Shown: one piece after another, positions 29,072 to 39,084 of the stretch | How the letters are laid out: every line of letters starts with the position of its first letter | Numbering within the stretch: position 1 is the stretch's first letter | Assembly (NCBI GenBank): GCA_018265615.1 | Contig: JABLYX010000019.1 | Coordinates: forward strand, 13,165-77,164 | From: Lentisphaeria bacterium | GTDB lineage: Bacteria; Verrucomicrobiota; Lentisphaeria; Victivallales; Victivallaceae | Direction: 5' to 3' | Length of the DNA stretch: 64,000 nucleotides | Translations under genes and position numbers: made by a program | The notes under the pieces: model-generated | Databases searched by the model: none | What the model was told of the DNA's origin: nothing | What the model saw: the letters and a program-made list of their open reading frames with translations, nothing else

Positions 29072-30109
29072 ATGGCAAGACATAAAAAAGAGATCAACAT
29101 CAAGCTGGTGGCGGAGGAAGCGGGGGTCTCCCTCGCGACGGTGTCGCGCGTGATCAACAACCGGACCGACGTGAGCGAGGCGATGCGCCGCAAGGTTTCC
29201 GCCGTGGTGGAAAAGTTCAATTTCGCGCCGACCAAGGGCAGCGAGCGCCGGTTCAACATCGGCGTCATCGTGGTGATGGACACGTCGCTCGTGAACGAGT
29301 ACATCTCGCAGGTGCTCGACGGCGTGGCCGATTACAGCGACGGGGGCCTGCTCGACGTGACGGTGATCTTCTACCGCATCGCGCCGGACGCGAAGCCGCT
29401 GCTGCAATTGATCCGTGAACGGCGCTGCGACGCGGTCGTGCTGTTCCCGCCGGAACGGGTCACGGAACAGATTCCGCAGCTTATCGAAGCCGAAATACCG
29501 GTCATGCTGGTCAACGGCAACACGAGCGCCCCGAAGATGGGGTTCCTGAACAACGAATCCTACACCGGGGCGGTCAAGGCGATGGAGCATCTCGCGAAGT
29601 GCGGCCACCGGAACATCGGCTTCCTCTGCAACGCGCTCGAAAACAGCGAGAACCACCAGCAGCGGCTGCAGGGCTACCTCGACGTGATGGCGCGGATCAA
29701 CCCGGACCGCAGAACGCAGTGGATCGTCCCGCATCAGCCTACTCCCGAGACGACCGAAGCCGGCTACAACCAGTGCATGCAGCTGCTGCTGACCTGCCCG
29801 GAAGTGACCGCGATCTTCTGCACGAACGACGAAATGGCGGTCGGCGCGGTCAAGGCGTGCTGGGATTCGAAGCTGCGGGTTCCGGAGGATATCTCCATCG
29901 TCGGCTTCGACGACATCCCGTACGGCCGCTATCTGCACCCGGCGCTGACCACGGTCAAACAGCCGCTGACCGAATTCGGCTACCGCGCCGTAAAGTACCT
30001 CGACGAGCTGCTGAAAAACCGGCGGGACGACCTGCCGTGCGAGACGATGGGGACCAGCCTGGTCATCCGCGATTCCGTCATGAACATAACCGGGGAGAAA
30101 CAACCATGA
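29072..30109 (+). CDS. LacI-family transcriptional regulator
   Basis: N-terminal HTH (IKLVAEEAGVSLATVSRVINN) plus a periplasmic-binding-protein-like sugar-binding domain. Confidence 0.85.
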   Translation: MARHKKEINIKLVAEEAGVSLATVSRVINNRTDVSEAMRRKVSAVVEKFNFAPTKGSERRFNIGVIVVMDTSLVNEYISQVLDGVADYSDGGLLDVTVIFYRIAPDAKPLLQLIRERRCDAVVLFPPERVTEQIPQLIEAEIPVMLVNGNTSAPKMGFLNNESYTGAVKAMEHLAKCGHRNIGFLCNALENSENHQQRLQGYLDVMARINPDRRTQWIVPHQPTPETTEAGYNQCMQLLLTCPEVTAIFCTNDEMAVGAVKACWDSKLRVPEDISIVGFDDIPYGRYLHPALTTVKQPLTEFGYRAVKYLDELLKNRRDDLPCETMGTSLVIRDSVMNITGEKQP

Positions 30110-33100
30110 AACGATCCGCCATACTGATTTCAGGAGCGCTGCTGCTCGGAAGCGCGCTCGGCGCGGCCGACTTCCTGCTGACCGGCAATGCGCGCCCGGG
30201 CTGGAGCTCGAATACCTTCGCCGCGGACGAACCGCGCCTCGAAACCGGCGCGACGCTGTCGCCCGTCACGGAGGGGGAGTTCGCATGCAGCCCCGAATTC
30301 ATCAAGACCGCCGCCGCTCCCGACGGAACGTTCCGCGCGCTGCTGGACGGACGGCGCGGGCCGGAGGGCGACTGCCAGGGCTTCGGCTCATGGCAGCCGA
30401 AAACCCGCTGTGAAAGCTTCATCATCGACCTCAGGAAGCCGTATGACCTGACCCGCGCCGCCGTCTGGGCGCAGTTCAATCAAAACCAGAAATCGGGCGA
30501 CGTGGAGATCCTGGCCGGCCCGGACGGCAAGACGTTCACCCCGGCCGCCAAGGGGGCGTTCCCCGACGGGCTCTCAACGGAAGAAACCCGGCTCGGCGTT
30601 CCGCTCGAACTCAAATTCGAAAAGCCGGTCACGGCGCGGTTCGTCCAGTTCCGGGTCAAGGTGCGCGACGGCTCGCGGCAGCAGGTCATCTCTGAAGCCG
30701 CAGTCTGGGGCAACGAGGCGGAAAACGCCGAAGGTGCCGGGGCGATCGCGCTCCCGGCCGCGCCCGATCTGAAGATCGAAGAGAAGCTCCTGAGCGGGAA
30801 TCCCCCCGGGAACACCTTTCCCGCCGACGGCAGAAGCATCGCGACGGGAGCGACGCTCCGCTGGATCACCGACGGACCGTATGCCACGAAATCCGAAGAG
30901 ATGCTGAAAACCGGCTCGCGCCCGGACGGCACGAACCGCGTGCTGCTCGACGGGCGGCGCGGCACGGACGGCAGCTGCCAGGCGTTCGGCAACTGGGGCG
31001 GCCAGTACTTCGCGACCTTCACACTCGATCTGCAGGAGCCACGCCTCGTCACGCGCGCCGCAATCTGGTCGCAGCAGACAAAAACGCAGGGCTTCGAAAC
31101 CTTCGAGCTGCTTCTCTCGACGGACGGCGAAAAGTTCGTCTCGGTCGGCAGCGTAAAGTGTCCGGAGGGGCTGCTGAACAAGGCCGAAAAACTCGGGGAG
31201 CCGGTCGAACTCAAGCTCGAAAAGCCGGCGGCGGCGCGCTATGTGCAGTTCCGCGTGAAGAAGCATCCGGCGCGCATGCAGATGATCCTCTCGGAGGTCG
31301 CGGTCTGGGGGGACAACCTGCCGCAGGGAGCGGACCGGAGCGCTCTTCTGCCCGAAAACCAGCGGCCCGAAGTCGCCGTGCGCGGTACCGGAATCGGCTC
31401 CGGGGCGCTGAAGCTCGACTGGAGCGGCTTCGGCTCCGCCTCGCAGGTGAAGAAGTTCCGGCTCTACCGCGCCGCGAAACCGTTCGGAAACATCACCGAC
31501 GAAGGCGTCGGGCGGATCGGGGAGTTCCCCGCCGGCGCAACGCAGTTCACCGTCTACCCGCTGATCCCCGGCGTGGAGAGCTCCTACGGCGTCACCGCCG
31601 TCTATGAGGACGGAGAGTACCCGGCCGTGAAGCCGTTCACCTTTGCGCCGCCAGGCCCGGTCGACGTGAAGACATTCGGGGACATGCTCGCGATCAACCA
31701 CTTCTGGGGCGGCGGCGGCGCGCGCCACGCGAAGCGCACCCGGGAGTGGGAGACCGTCGCACTCGACCTGCTTGCCGAAACCCCGTTCAAAACGATCCGC
31801 TGGTGGGAGAGCCATCCCGAGATCGTCAGGAAATTCTATGACCGCGGCATCGCGGCGACCACTTTCTCCGGCCGGCGCAACTACAATAACGGCAAGCAGA
31901 TGGGGATCCACCTCTACGGAGCCGGCAACGAACCGCACCTGCACGGCATCCAGGGGGCCGACTATGCCGGGCGCGTCGCGGCAATCAACAAAGAGCTCAA
32001 GGCGGCCGTGCCGCATGCGCTGCTCTACGCGCCGACCGTCTGCCTCGACGGCCGTTCACTCGACTTCCTCGAAAAATTCTACGCGGCGGGCGCAAAGGAG
32101 CACTTCGACGTGCTCGACATCCACAACTATCTCGGCAACACGACAGAGTTCGTCTATCCGCCCGGCTACCCCTCCGGCAGCCCCGAGGGGCTGTTCGAAC
32201 GCATCGCGAAGATCCGGGCGATCATGGCAAAACACGGCGACGCCGGCAAGCCGATGATCACGACCGAGTTCGGCTACACCGACTGCAACGTCGCGAATCC
32301 GGTCGGGGAGATGACGCCGGAGCGCAAGGCGGCGTTCCTCGTGCGCGGCCTCGTCATCCAGCACGTGCTCGGCTTCCGCCGCGTCTTCGTCTACAGCTTC
32401 TGGGACGAGGGGCAGGATGAGAACTACACCGAACACTACTTCGGCATGCTCGATTACGACGGCCAGAAGAAGCCCGCCTACTTTGCGTGCCAGGTGCTCG
32501 GGCGCGAGCTCGGGCCGTGCGTGTTCGACGCGAAGATGAAAGGCTCCGACGAGGTGAACTTCGGCTATGTCTACCGGAATCCGGAGACGGGCCGGTACAT
32601 CACGGTCGTCTGGAACGGCGCTTCCGAGATGGCCGGGAACTTCCGCACGAAGCCCGGAACCGTCACAGTGACCTCGATGGCGGGAGAGAAGAAAGAGATC
32701 CGGACCGCGGCGGACGGAACGTTCCGCACGGTTTACGGCCCCGCCCCGGTCTATCTCGAAAGCGCCGCGCCGGCCGAACTCGTCAAAACAATCAAAGTCG
32801 AAGCGAAAGCCGCCTCCGACCGCGTCATCCTCACTCCGGACGCCCCCGTCGTCGTAACCGGAGCCGGACATCAGGCGGAGATCGGCGCGACGCTCGCGAA
32901 CCCGACCGCCGATCCGCTCGAGGTGCACCTTTCGCTCGAAACGCCCGAAGGCAGAACGCTCGCCTCGAAAACCGTGAAGCTCGCACCGGGCAAAAGTGAA
33001 CGCGCCGCGCTTGCAATTCCGGCCCCCGCCGGATTGATTCTCGACCGTTATGAGCTCGCAATCAATTACGAAGGCAGATACGAAAGCAGCTCCGGCAAGG

Positions 33101-33873
33101 CCACGGTCTTCGTCCGCCGCCTCGCGGAGAAGCCCGGCGTCGCCGCAGCGAAGATGCACGGCTGTAAAAACAGCGTCTACGTGCTCTCGGACGACGCGCT
33201 CGAAGTGACCGTCGATCCGCAGCGCGGCGGGCGCATTCTCGAAATCTACGACCGCCGCACCGGGAAAAACCAGATCACGGTTCCGTACGACCGGCTCGCC
33301 GGGCTGCACAACATCGCATTCTACTACTGTATCTGGGACGAGGTCAGAGCTCCGCGCGGATACGGGATCGGCCGCAACACGCCGTACCGGGTGAAGGTGC
33401 TTCCGGACGGACTCGAGCTGTCCGCCGAAAATCCCGGCAAACTCGCGGTGGCGAAGCGGCTGACGCTCGGCGGAAAGGGTGTGCTGAAACTCGATGTGAC
33501 GGTGAAGAACCTCAGCGGCGAAACGGTCGGCTGCTCGTGGTACATGCACCCGGAGTACACGGTCGGCGGGGAAGCGGTCAGCCATTCGGACCTGCTGAAG
33601 CTGCCGATCGGCGGGAAGGAGCTTGAGATTCCGTACTGGACGGGACTCGGCGACCGTTCCACGCCGGAGTTCTCCGCCGGCTACTGGGAGCTTGCGAGCC
33701 CGTCGAAGAAATACGGCATCCGGCAGGAATTTTCGCAGGATAAGTTCCGCAAGCCGCGCCTCTGGTTCGGAATCGGCTGCTGCAACCTCGAAATGGAGAG
33801 CAGCAAGGATCTGAAGCTCGCCCCCGGACAAAGCTGGAACGGCGAACTCAAGTGGATCTTTTCCGTAAAATAG
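30106..33873 (+). CDS. Secreted multidomain glycoside hydrolase: two discoidin (F5/8 type C / CBM32-like) domains, an FN3-like domain, a clan GH-A catalytic domain and C-terminal beta-sandwich domains
   Basis: The ATG overlaps the lacI-family stop (ATGA). Signal peptide MKRSAILISGALLLGSALG. Two ~180-aa internal repeats with conserved DG(T/S)xRxLLDGRRG...CQxFG...RAA(V/I)W...RxVQFRVK. Catalytic NEP (GAGNEPHLHG) and nucleophile ITTEFGY, typical of GH5/GH39-like enzymes. Confidence 0.75.
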   Translation: MKRSAILISGALLLGSALGAADFLLTGNARPGWSSNTFAADEPRLETGATLSPVTEGEFACSPEFIKTAAAPDGTFRALLDGRRGPEGDCQGFGSWQPKTRCESFIIDLRKPYDLTRAAVWAQFNQNQKSGDVEILAGPDGKTFTPAAKGAFPDGLSTEETRLGVPLELKFEKPVTARFVQFRVKVRDGSRQQVISEAAVWGNEAENAEGAGAIALPAAPDLKIEEKLLSGNPPGNTFPADGRSIATGATLRWITDGPYATKSEEMLKTGSRPDGTNRVLLDGRRGTDGSCQAFGNWGGQYFATFTLDLQEPRLVTRAAIWSQQTKTQGFETFELLLSTDGEKFVSVGSVKCPEGLLNKAEKLGEPVELKLEKPAAARYVQFRVKKHPARMQMILSEVAVWGDNLPQGADRSALLPENQRPEVAVRGTGIGSGALKLDWSGFGSASQVKKFRLYRAAKPFGNITDEGVGRIGEFPAGATQFTVYPLIPGVESSYGVTAVYEDGEYPAVKPFTFAPPGPVDVKTFGDMLAINHFWGGGGARHAKRTREWETVALDLLAETPFKTIRWWESHPEIVRKFYDRGIAATTFSGRRNYNNGKQMGIHLYGAGNEPHLHGIQGADYAGRVAAINKELKAAVPHALLYAPTVCLDGRSLDFLEKFYAAGAKEHFDVLDIHNYLGNTTEFVYPPGYPSGSPEGLFERIAKIRAIMAKHGDAGKPMITTEFGYTDCNVANPVGEMTPERKAAFLVRGLVIQHVLGFRRVFVYSFWDEGQDENYTEHYFGMLDYDGQKKPAYFACQVLGRELGPCVFDAKMKGSDEVNFGYVYRNPETGRYITVVWNGASEMAGNFRTKPGTVTVTSMAGEKKEIRTAADGTFRTVYGPAPVYLESAAPAELVKTIKVEAKAASDRVILTPDAPVVVTGAGHQAEIGATLANPTADPLEVHLSLETPEGRTLASKTVKLAPGKSERAALAIPAPAGLILDRYELAINYEGRYESSSGKATVFVRRLAEKPGVAAAKMHGCKNSVYVLSDDALEVTVDPQRGGRILEIYDRRTGKNQITVPYDRLAGLHNIAFYYCIWDEVRAPRGYGIGRNTPYRVKVLPDGLELSAENPGKLAVAKRLTLGGKGVLKLDVTVKNLSGETVGCSWYMHPEYTVGGEAVSHSDLLKLPIGGKELEIPYWTGLGDRSTPEFSAGYWELASPSKKYGIRQEFSQDKFRKPRLWFGIGCCNLEMESSKDLKLAPGQSWNGELKWIFSVK

Positions 33874-34151
33874 CGCCGCTGCGCCGAATGCGCAGTATGT
33901 AATGCAGCATAATTGCCGCCCGGCGGGAAAGCGCGGCAGGCGCCGCGGAGCGGATGTGAACGGACAACACGGTTCGGCGCAGCCGAAGCGCGTTGCAGGG
34001 AGTGAATACGACGCAGGTGAACGCAGCGCAGCGAAGGCCCCCTGCCGCAGCCCGCGAAGCCCGCGACAAATTAACGTACATAACGCAGAAAAAACAAATA
34101 AAGCAGTTTAACCGCCAGAGTCCGAAAGCTCAATTCAACCAAAGGAGTTGC

Positions 34152-34910
34152 ATGATGAAAAATCCGAACCGCTCCCATCGCATACTGCGCATGATGCGCC
34201 TGTGCCCGTTCACATTGATCGAGCTCCTCGTCGTGATCGCGATCATCGCAATCCTCGCGGCGATGCTGCTGCCCGCGCTGCAGCAGGCGCGGGAACGCGG
34301 ACGCAGCTCCAACTGTCAGGGAAACCTCAAACAGCAAGGGATGCTCGGGCAGATGTACAGCAGCGACTTCAAAGACTACATCATGCCGGCACGCGGTGGA
34401 AACTGGTCGCGCAATCATGGATACATGCTGAAAAACAGGGCAGGATATCAGTTCGACGCCAAAATTTTCCAGTGTCCCAGCCAGACCGCCAAAAATTTCG
34501 CCGAAGATCCGGAAAAATTCCGGGGCAGCTACGGGATGAATGCCTGCAACCAGAAAGCAGTCGACGGAGAGAATCCCGCCGGCCTGATGGCCAGCCTCAC
34601 CGACCTGCCGGATAAGACTCTCCCCAGCCGCAAGTTGACACAGATTAAAAGCGCTTCATCCGTACTGATGATTCTGGAACTCTCCGCCAATTCAGTCGCC
34701 TATTATGCCAGCGGAGACATCAGAACCGTTTATCCGTCAACCGGTCAGACCGGCGTCCGCCATGCCGGATCGGCGAATTTCTGCTTTGTCGACGGCCACG
34801 TCTCCAGCTACAGACAGGCGGTCGTTTTCAGCGAAATCGCCTATGACGCCAGCAATTACAATGGACCGCTCTGGTACAAATATACCGGACACATGAAAGC
34901 AAACAAGTGA
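34152..34910 (+). CDS. DUF1559 protein with a prepilin-type N-terminal cleavage/methylation domain (H-X9-DG family)
   Basis: [28 protein letters not shown] class-III signal, followed by a DUF1559-like body. AAGGAG RBS before the ATG. Confidence 0.75.
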   Translation: MMKNPNRSHRILRMMRLCPFTLIELLVVIAIIAILAAMLLPALQQARERGRSSNCQGNLKQQGMLGQMYSSDFKDYIMPARGGNWSRNHGYMLKNRAGYQFDAKIFQCPSQTAKNFAEDPEKFRGSYGMNACNQKAVDGENPAGLMASLTDLPDKTLPSRKLTQIKSASSVLMILELSANSVAYYASGDIRTVYPSTGQTGVRHAGSANFCFVDGHVSSYRQAVVFSEIAYDASNYNGPLWYKYTGHMKANK

Positions 34911-34923
34911 AAGAACCAAGTTC

Positions 34924-35898
34924 ATGAGCATTGAAATCACGGGGAGCCCCCTCCCCTCGATCCCGTGGCAGGAGCGCCCCGCCGGATCGGACGAAACGGT
35001 CTGGCGCTACAGCGGCAACCCCGTCATCGGGCGCGACGCGACCCCGACCTCGAACAGCGTATTCAACAGCGCGGTCGTGCCGTTCGGCGACGGCTTCGCC
35101 GGCGTGTTCCGCGCCGACGACCGCCGCCGCCATATGCAGCTTCACACAGGTTTCAGCAGAGACGGGATCAACTGGGAACTCACGCCGGAACCGATCCGGT
35201 TCATCCCGGAGTGCCCCTCCGCCGGAAGCTTCACGCAGGGCTACGATCCGCGTGTCGTATGGCTCGAGGACCGCTGGTACATCATCTGGTGCAACTGCGT
35301 GAACGGCCCGACCATCGGACTTGGTTACACATTTGACTTCAAGGAGTTCCACCAGCTTCCGAACGCGTTCCCGCCGTTCAACCGCAACGGCGTGCTCTTT
35401 CCGCGCAGGATCGGCGGAAAGTACGCCATGCTGAACCGCCCGAGCGACAACGGGCACACTCCGTTCGGGGACATCTTCTACTGCGAAAGCCCCGACCTGC
35501 GTTACTGGGGATATCACCGTCACGTCATGGCGGGCACCGACGGGTGGCAGCAGACCAAGATCGGCGCTGGCCCCATCCCCATCGAAACCTCCGAAGGGTG
35601 GCTGCTCTTCTATCACGGCGTGCTCACAAGCTGCAACGGCTTCGTCTACAGCTTCGGGGCCGCGCTGCTCGACCTCGAGGAGCCGTGGAGGGTGATCGCC
35701 CGGTCGAAGAGCTACCTGCTCGCCCCGCGCGAGCTCTACGAGTGCGTCGGAGACGTCCCGAACGTCGCCTTCCCGTGCGCCGCCCTGTGCGACGCCCCCA
35801 CCGGACGCATCGCCCTCTATTACGGATGCGCCGACTCCGTGACGGGGCTCGCGTTCTGCCGCGCCTCCGAAGTCATCTCCCGCATTCTTTCGGAATAG
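34924..35898 (+). CDS. GH130-family glycoside hydrolase / mannoside phosphorylase-like protein
   Basis: Conserved GH130 beta-propeller segments ([56 protein letters not shown]). Confidence 0.8.
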   Translation: MSIEITGSPLPSIPWQERPAGSDETVWRYSGNPVIGRDATPTSNSVFNSAVVPFGDGFAGVFRADDRRRHMQLHTGFSRDGINWELTPEPIRFIPECPSAGSFTQGYDPRVVWLEDRWYIIWCNCVNGPTIGLGYTFDFKEFHQLPNAFPPFNRNGVLFPRRIGGKYAMLNRPSDNGHTPFGDIFYCESPDLRYWGYHRHVMAGTDGWQQTKIGAGPIPIETSEGWLLFYHGVLTSCNGFVYSFGAALLDLEEPWRVIARSKSYLLAPRELYECVGDVPNVAFPCAALCDAPTGRIALYYGCADSVTGLAFCRASEVISRILSE

Positions 35899-35949
35899 AT
35901 CCTGAGGGCCGGGCCGCCGTCTCCATACAGGGGAGCCCGGCCCGGCAGA

Positions 35950-36633
35950 TCACGCCCAGAAGCCCTTTCCCCGGGCGTCATTGCGCTGGATATGGTGCTT
36001 GATGAAATTCATGATGAACTCCTGCTTTTCGCGGTCGAGGTTCCGGGCGATGAAACGTTTCCGGCCATTTCCCGGCCGGATCGCGACTCCGTATACGGGA
36101 GTGTCGTTCTGCCGGATTCCTGTGGCCTCCACCGCGACCTTGCCGATTTCGGAGAGTTCGCAGACACGGGTGACGCCGAAGCGGCCGATGCCGGAAAAGA
36201 CCTCCAGTCTGCCGCCGTTGATCCGCAGTTCACCTTTTCCGAAGAGCATCATCACGGTTCCGCCCAGGATGCCGAGTCCGACCAGCTGGAACGGGATGAG
36301 GAACAATTTCATCGGCCATGGAGCGCCGCTCCCGAACCATACGGCCGACGTGAAACCAGCGACCGCACCGCACCAGAACAGGCAGAAGAAGCAGAGCACC
36401 CACACCGTGTGCGAATAATAGCGGAAGCACAGGACCTCTTCATACGGGGGAACCGCTTCCACCCGGATCCCATGCGGCGGCAGGTCGGCCCGGAACAGCC
36501 GCTCTTCCCCCGCCGCCCGGGCCAGCTCCGCATAGCTGTGATTGGTTTTGCAGCCGCGGCAGTAGGCGAGGTCCGAGGAAACATTGAAATCCTCCTCCGG
36601 AATCTCCCGCCCGCATTCGGGACAATGAATCAT
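35950..36633 (-). CDS. Zinc-ribbon / 2-TM / PH-like domain membrane protein, paralog 1
   Basis: N-terminal CPECGREIP...CRGC zinc ribbon, two hydrophobic helices, C-terminal ~90-aa domain. It shares architecture with the two genes upstream. Confidence 0.5.
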   Translation of the reverse strand: MIHCPECGREIPEEDFNVSSDLAYCRGCKTNHSYAELARAAGEERLFRADLPPHGIRVEAVPPYEEVLCFRYYSHTVWVLCFFCLFWCGAVAGFTSAVWFGSGAPWPMKLFLIPFQLVGLGILGGTVMMLFGKGELRINGGRLEVFSGIGRFGVTRVCELSEIGKVAVEATGIRQNDTPVYGVAIRPGNGRKRFIARNLDREKQEFIMNFIKHHIQRNDARGKGFWA

Positions 36634-36738
36634 ATGCGTCCGTATCCTTTCATCCGTTTCGGGGAAGAACATAGCGTGTCTTCCGTAAAAATGCAAATCG
36701 GAACCCGGAAATTCAGCATCGGCACTCCGGGCTGCGGA

Positions 36739-37380
36739 TCACACGTCCTCCCGCTTCCGGGAGGCAACACGGGGAAACGGCGCGGAATCCGGATTTTCCC
36801 CGCCCGGTTCCAGGATCCGGCTTTCCAGCCATCGGACGGCGGCGGCAAGGCGGACCGGAGGCAGGCCAGTCCCGAACCGCTCCACGGTTCCGCTCCTCAA
36901 CAGGCAGTCGATCCGGTACACATAGCCGTTCCGGGAGCAGCTGCGCCCCAACTTGAAGAGCCGCACCTCATCCACCGGAATCTTCCGGAGGAAAACTCCG
37001 CGGGAAACGAGAAAGAAGCCGGGTACACGCCGGATCACCAGATGTCCGAAGAGCGACTGCAGCATAATCAGCAGCAGTATTACCCAGAAAATCAGCTGCA
37101 CCCACCACAGCGCCGGATCGTGCCGCACACTTCCCGAAACACAGACCGCTGTATACGCAGTCAGCACCAGCGGCATGAGGCAGCTCTCCGGCGTGATGCA
37201 TCCGACCCGCAGCGTCCGGCTCTCATCCAGCTCGCGTACCTGCGGCACCGTCCGCCGACCGGACAGCGCCGCAAGCCCGGCGGACGGACAGCGGCAGCCG
37301 CAGAAGGAACACCTGACCCAGGAACCCATTTTCGCCTTCCGGGGAATTTCTTTCGCACAGAACGGACATTTCAGCATCAT
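36739..37380 (-). CDS. Zinc-ribbon / 2-TM / PH-like domain membrane protein, paralog 2
   Basis: CPFCAKEIP...CSFCGC zinc ribbon, two TM helices, C-terminal domain (RLFKLGRSCSRNGYVYRI...). Confidence 0.5.
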   Translation of the reverse strand: MMLKCPFCAKEIPRKAKMGSWVRCSFCGCRCPSAGLAALSGRRTVPQVRELDESRTLRVGCITPESCLMPLVLTAYTAVCVSGSVRHDPALWWVQLIFWVILLLIMLQSLFGHLVIRRVPGFFLVSRGVFLRKIPVDEVRLFKLGRSCSRNGYVYRIDCLLRSGTVERFGTGLPPVRLAAAVRWLESRILEPGGENPDSAPFPRVASRKREDV

Positions 37381-37445
37381 GCATCCTCCCCTGTCATCTC
37401 CGCACCCCCGGCAACCCTCCGTAACCCGGCAACGGAAAATGCGGA

Positions 37446-38088
37446 TCATGCGTCTTTGTCCTTCCAGCCCGTAACCTTCGCCAAATCCGGCGGCGCCTCG
37501 TCCATGCGCCGGTTCATCCAGTCAATCGCGGCGGCGAAGCGGTACGGGGAGCGCTCGCCGCCGACCGAAAATGAACTGCTGTCCCAAAGTGTAAACCCGA
37601 TCCGGAAATGCCGGCCGAACCGGCCATACTCGAAATATTCAAGCGCGATCTGTCTGATCCCGTCAAACGGGATGCGTCTCTCCCGGAATCCCGCTTTCAG
37701 CACAAACATCCGCCCTTCGCACGTGATCCGCATCGGCCCGGCCCCCCCCGGAGCAAAGCGAATAAAGCCGGAAAGCGCCGCATCCCGCCAGCATGAGCAG
37801 AACGGCAAACAGCGCCGGGATGAAAAACATCCCCGCAAAGCATGCCGCGCAACCGGCGGCCAGCCCTCCGAGGAGAATCTTCTCCGCGCCGGTCTCCGCC
37901 GAAAGCACCAGGTCCCCCGACGAATTTCCGGCGATGTCGGCCACCCGCACCATCCCGCCGGAACAATACTCTGCAAGCTCGTCCTCGTCGAACTCACAGC
38001 CGCAATCGGCGCACCGCAAAGGAGTGTCCTGAAGAAGCAGCCTCCTTTGAACCAGTTCACCGCAGCAGCAGAGACATTTCAAAGACAT
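37446..38088 (-). pseudogene. Paralog 3 of the zinc-ribbon/2-TM/PH-like family, split by a frameshift at a G8 homopolymer (coding-strand Gs = Cs at 37742-37749)
   Basis: N-terminal part (MSLKCLCCCGELV...CADCGC + TM helices) is in the frame of ORF 37663..38118. C-terminal part (PMRITCEGRMFVLKAGF...) is in the frame of ORF 37446..38060. Both frames read through the C8/G8 run. A 1-nt contraction (G7) or 2-nt expansion (G10) would fuse them. Confidence 0.45.
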
Positions 38089-38308
38089 ACTCTCACTCCC
38101 GCTGAGAATTCGCAGCAAACCGCGTCCGAATCATCCGGAACCTCACAACAGAAAGTACCGTTTTTTTCTGCGAATGCAAGCTCAGGGGAAAAAAAGTCGT
38201 TTTTTTTGTTTGCAGGGGGGAATTGCACTTTGATTTTAGCGGAAAATGTGATAACATAAAAACAGGGCTGATCCCCGTCGAACAACCCCGAACGAAAGGA
38301 GGCGAATC

Positions 38309-38884
38309 ATGTGGCAGGAGATCAATGAATTTCTGGCCGGCGGACGCAATATTTATCTGTTTATCGCCGTGACCGGCAGCGTGATTCTCGCTCTGCAGTT
38401 CATCCTCAGCATGACCGGGCTTCATGCGGATGTCGATGCGGACGCCTCCGGAGCCGATTTCGACGTGAACGCGAACGACGCCGCCGATGTGGCGGGTTTG
38501 AACTTCTTCTCGCTGAAGGCGATCATGGCGTTCATCACGTTCTTCGGCTGGGGCGGCTTCTTCTACGGCCACCTCGGCATCGGGGGGCTCGGCGTCGCCG
38601 TCATCAGCGGAACGGTCATGATGATCCTCACGGCGCTCCTCGTCTCGCTCATGCTGAAGCTCCAGCAGTCGGGCAACATCACGCCGCAGGAGCTCATCGG
38701 CAAACACGGAACCGTCTACCTGACGATTCCGGCCGGGCGCGCGCCGGGCGGAATGGTGACGGTCAGCCTGCCGGGCTGCACCCGGCAGATCAGCGCGCGC
38801 GCCGATATCGAATTCACGACCGGCAGCTCCGTCGTAATCACCAGAGACCTCGGCGACGGCAGTTACCTCGTCGGCCGAAGCTGA
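38309..38884 (+). CDS. NfeD-like (YqiJ-type) membrane protein with a C-terminal OB-fold; partner of the downstream flotillin
   Basis: Membrane helices followed by an NfeD beta-barrel segment (GKHGTVYLTIPAGRAPGGMVTVSLPG...). Position upstream of an SPFH gene matches the yqiJ-yqiK arrangement. Confidence 0.65.
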   Translation: MWQEINEFLAGGRNIYLFIAVTGSVILALQFILSMTGLHADVDADASGADFDVNANDAADVAGLNFFSLKAIMAFITFFGWGGFFYGHLGIGGLGVAVISGTVMMILTALLVSLMLKLQQSGNITPQELIGKHGTVYLTIPAGRAPGGMVTVSLPGCTRQISARADIEFTTGSSVVITRDLGDGSYLVGRS

Positions 38885-38930
38885 ACCGGAGAATACCGCA
38901 TTGAAAATCTTTCTCAATTATCTGCCGATC

Positions 38931-39062
38931 ATGGTCGGCGTCGCCGCGGGCGTTTCCGCAGCGTTTCTGTTCACCTTCTACCTGAACCGGAAAAAGAAAA
39001 AGAAGCTCAGGCGGAAGAACAAGTACGCAGTCAATCCGAATCCATATAATTTTCACCCTTAA
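38931..39062 (+). CDS. Possible small single-TM protein with a poly-Lys tail between the nfeD-like gene and flotillin
   Basis: Manual translation: MVGVAAGVSAAFLFTFYLNRKKKKKLRRKNKYAVNPNPYNFHP*. An in-frame TTG at 38901 would add 10 aa. No clear RBS. Confidence 0.3.
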   Translation: MVGVAAGVSAAFLFTFYLNRKKKKKLRRKNKYAVNPNPYNFHP

Positions 39063-39084
39063 CGAATCAAGGAGTTTGTCAAGC

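Noticed and set aside
30574-33831. Long minus-strand ORFs (30574..32016, 32056..33831) within the giant glycoside-hydrolase gene
   Set aside because: Antisense to a gene with signal peptide, discoidin repeats and GH-A catalytic motifs; no features of their own.
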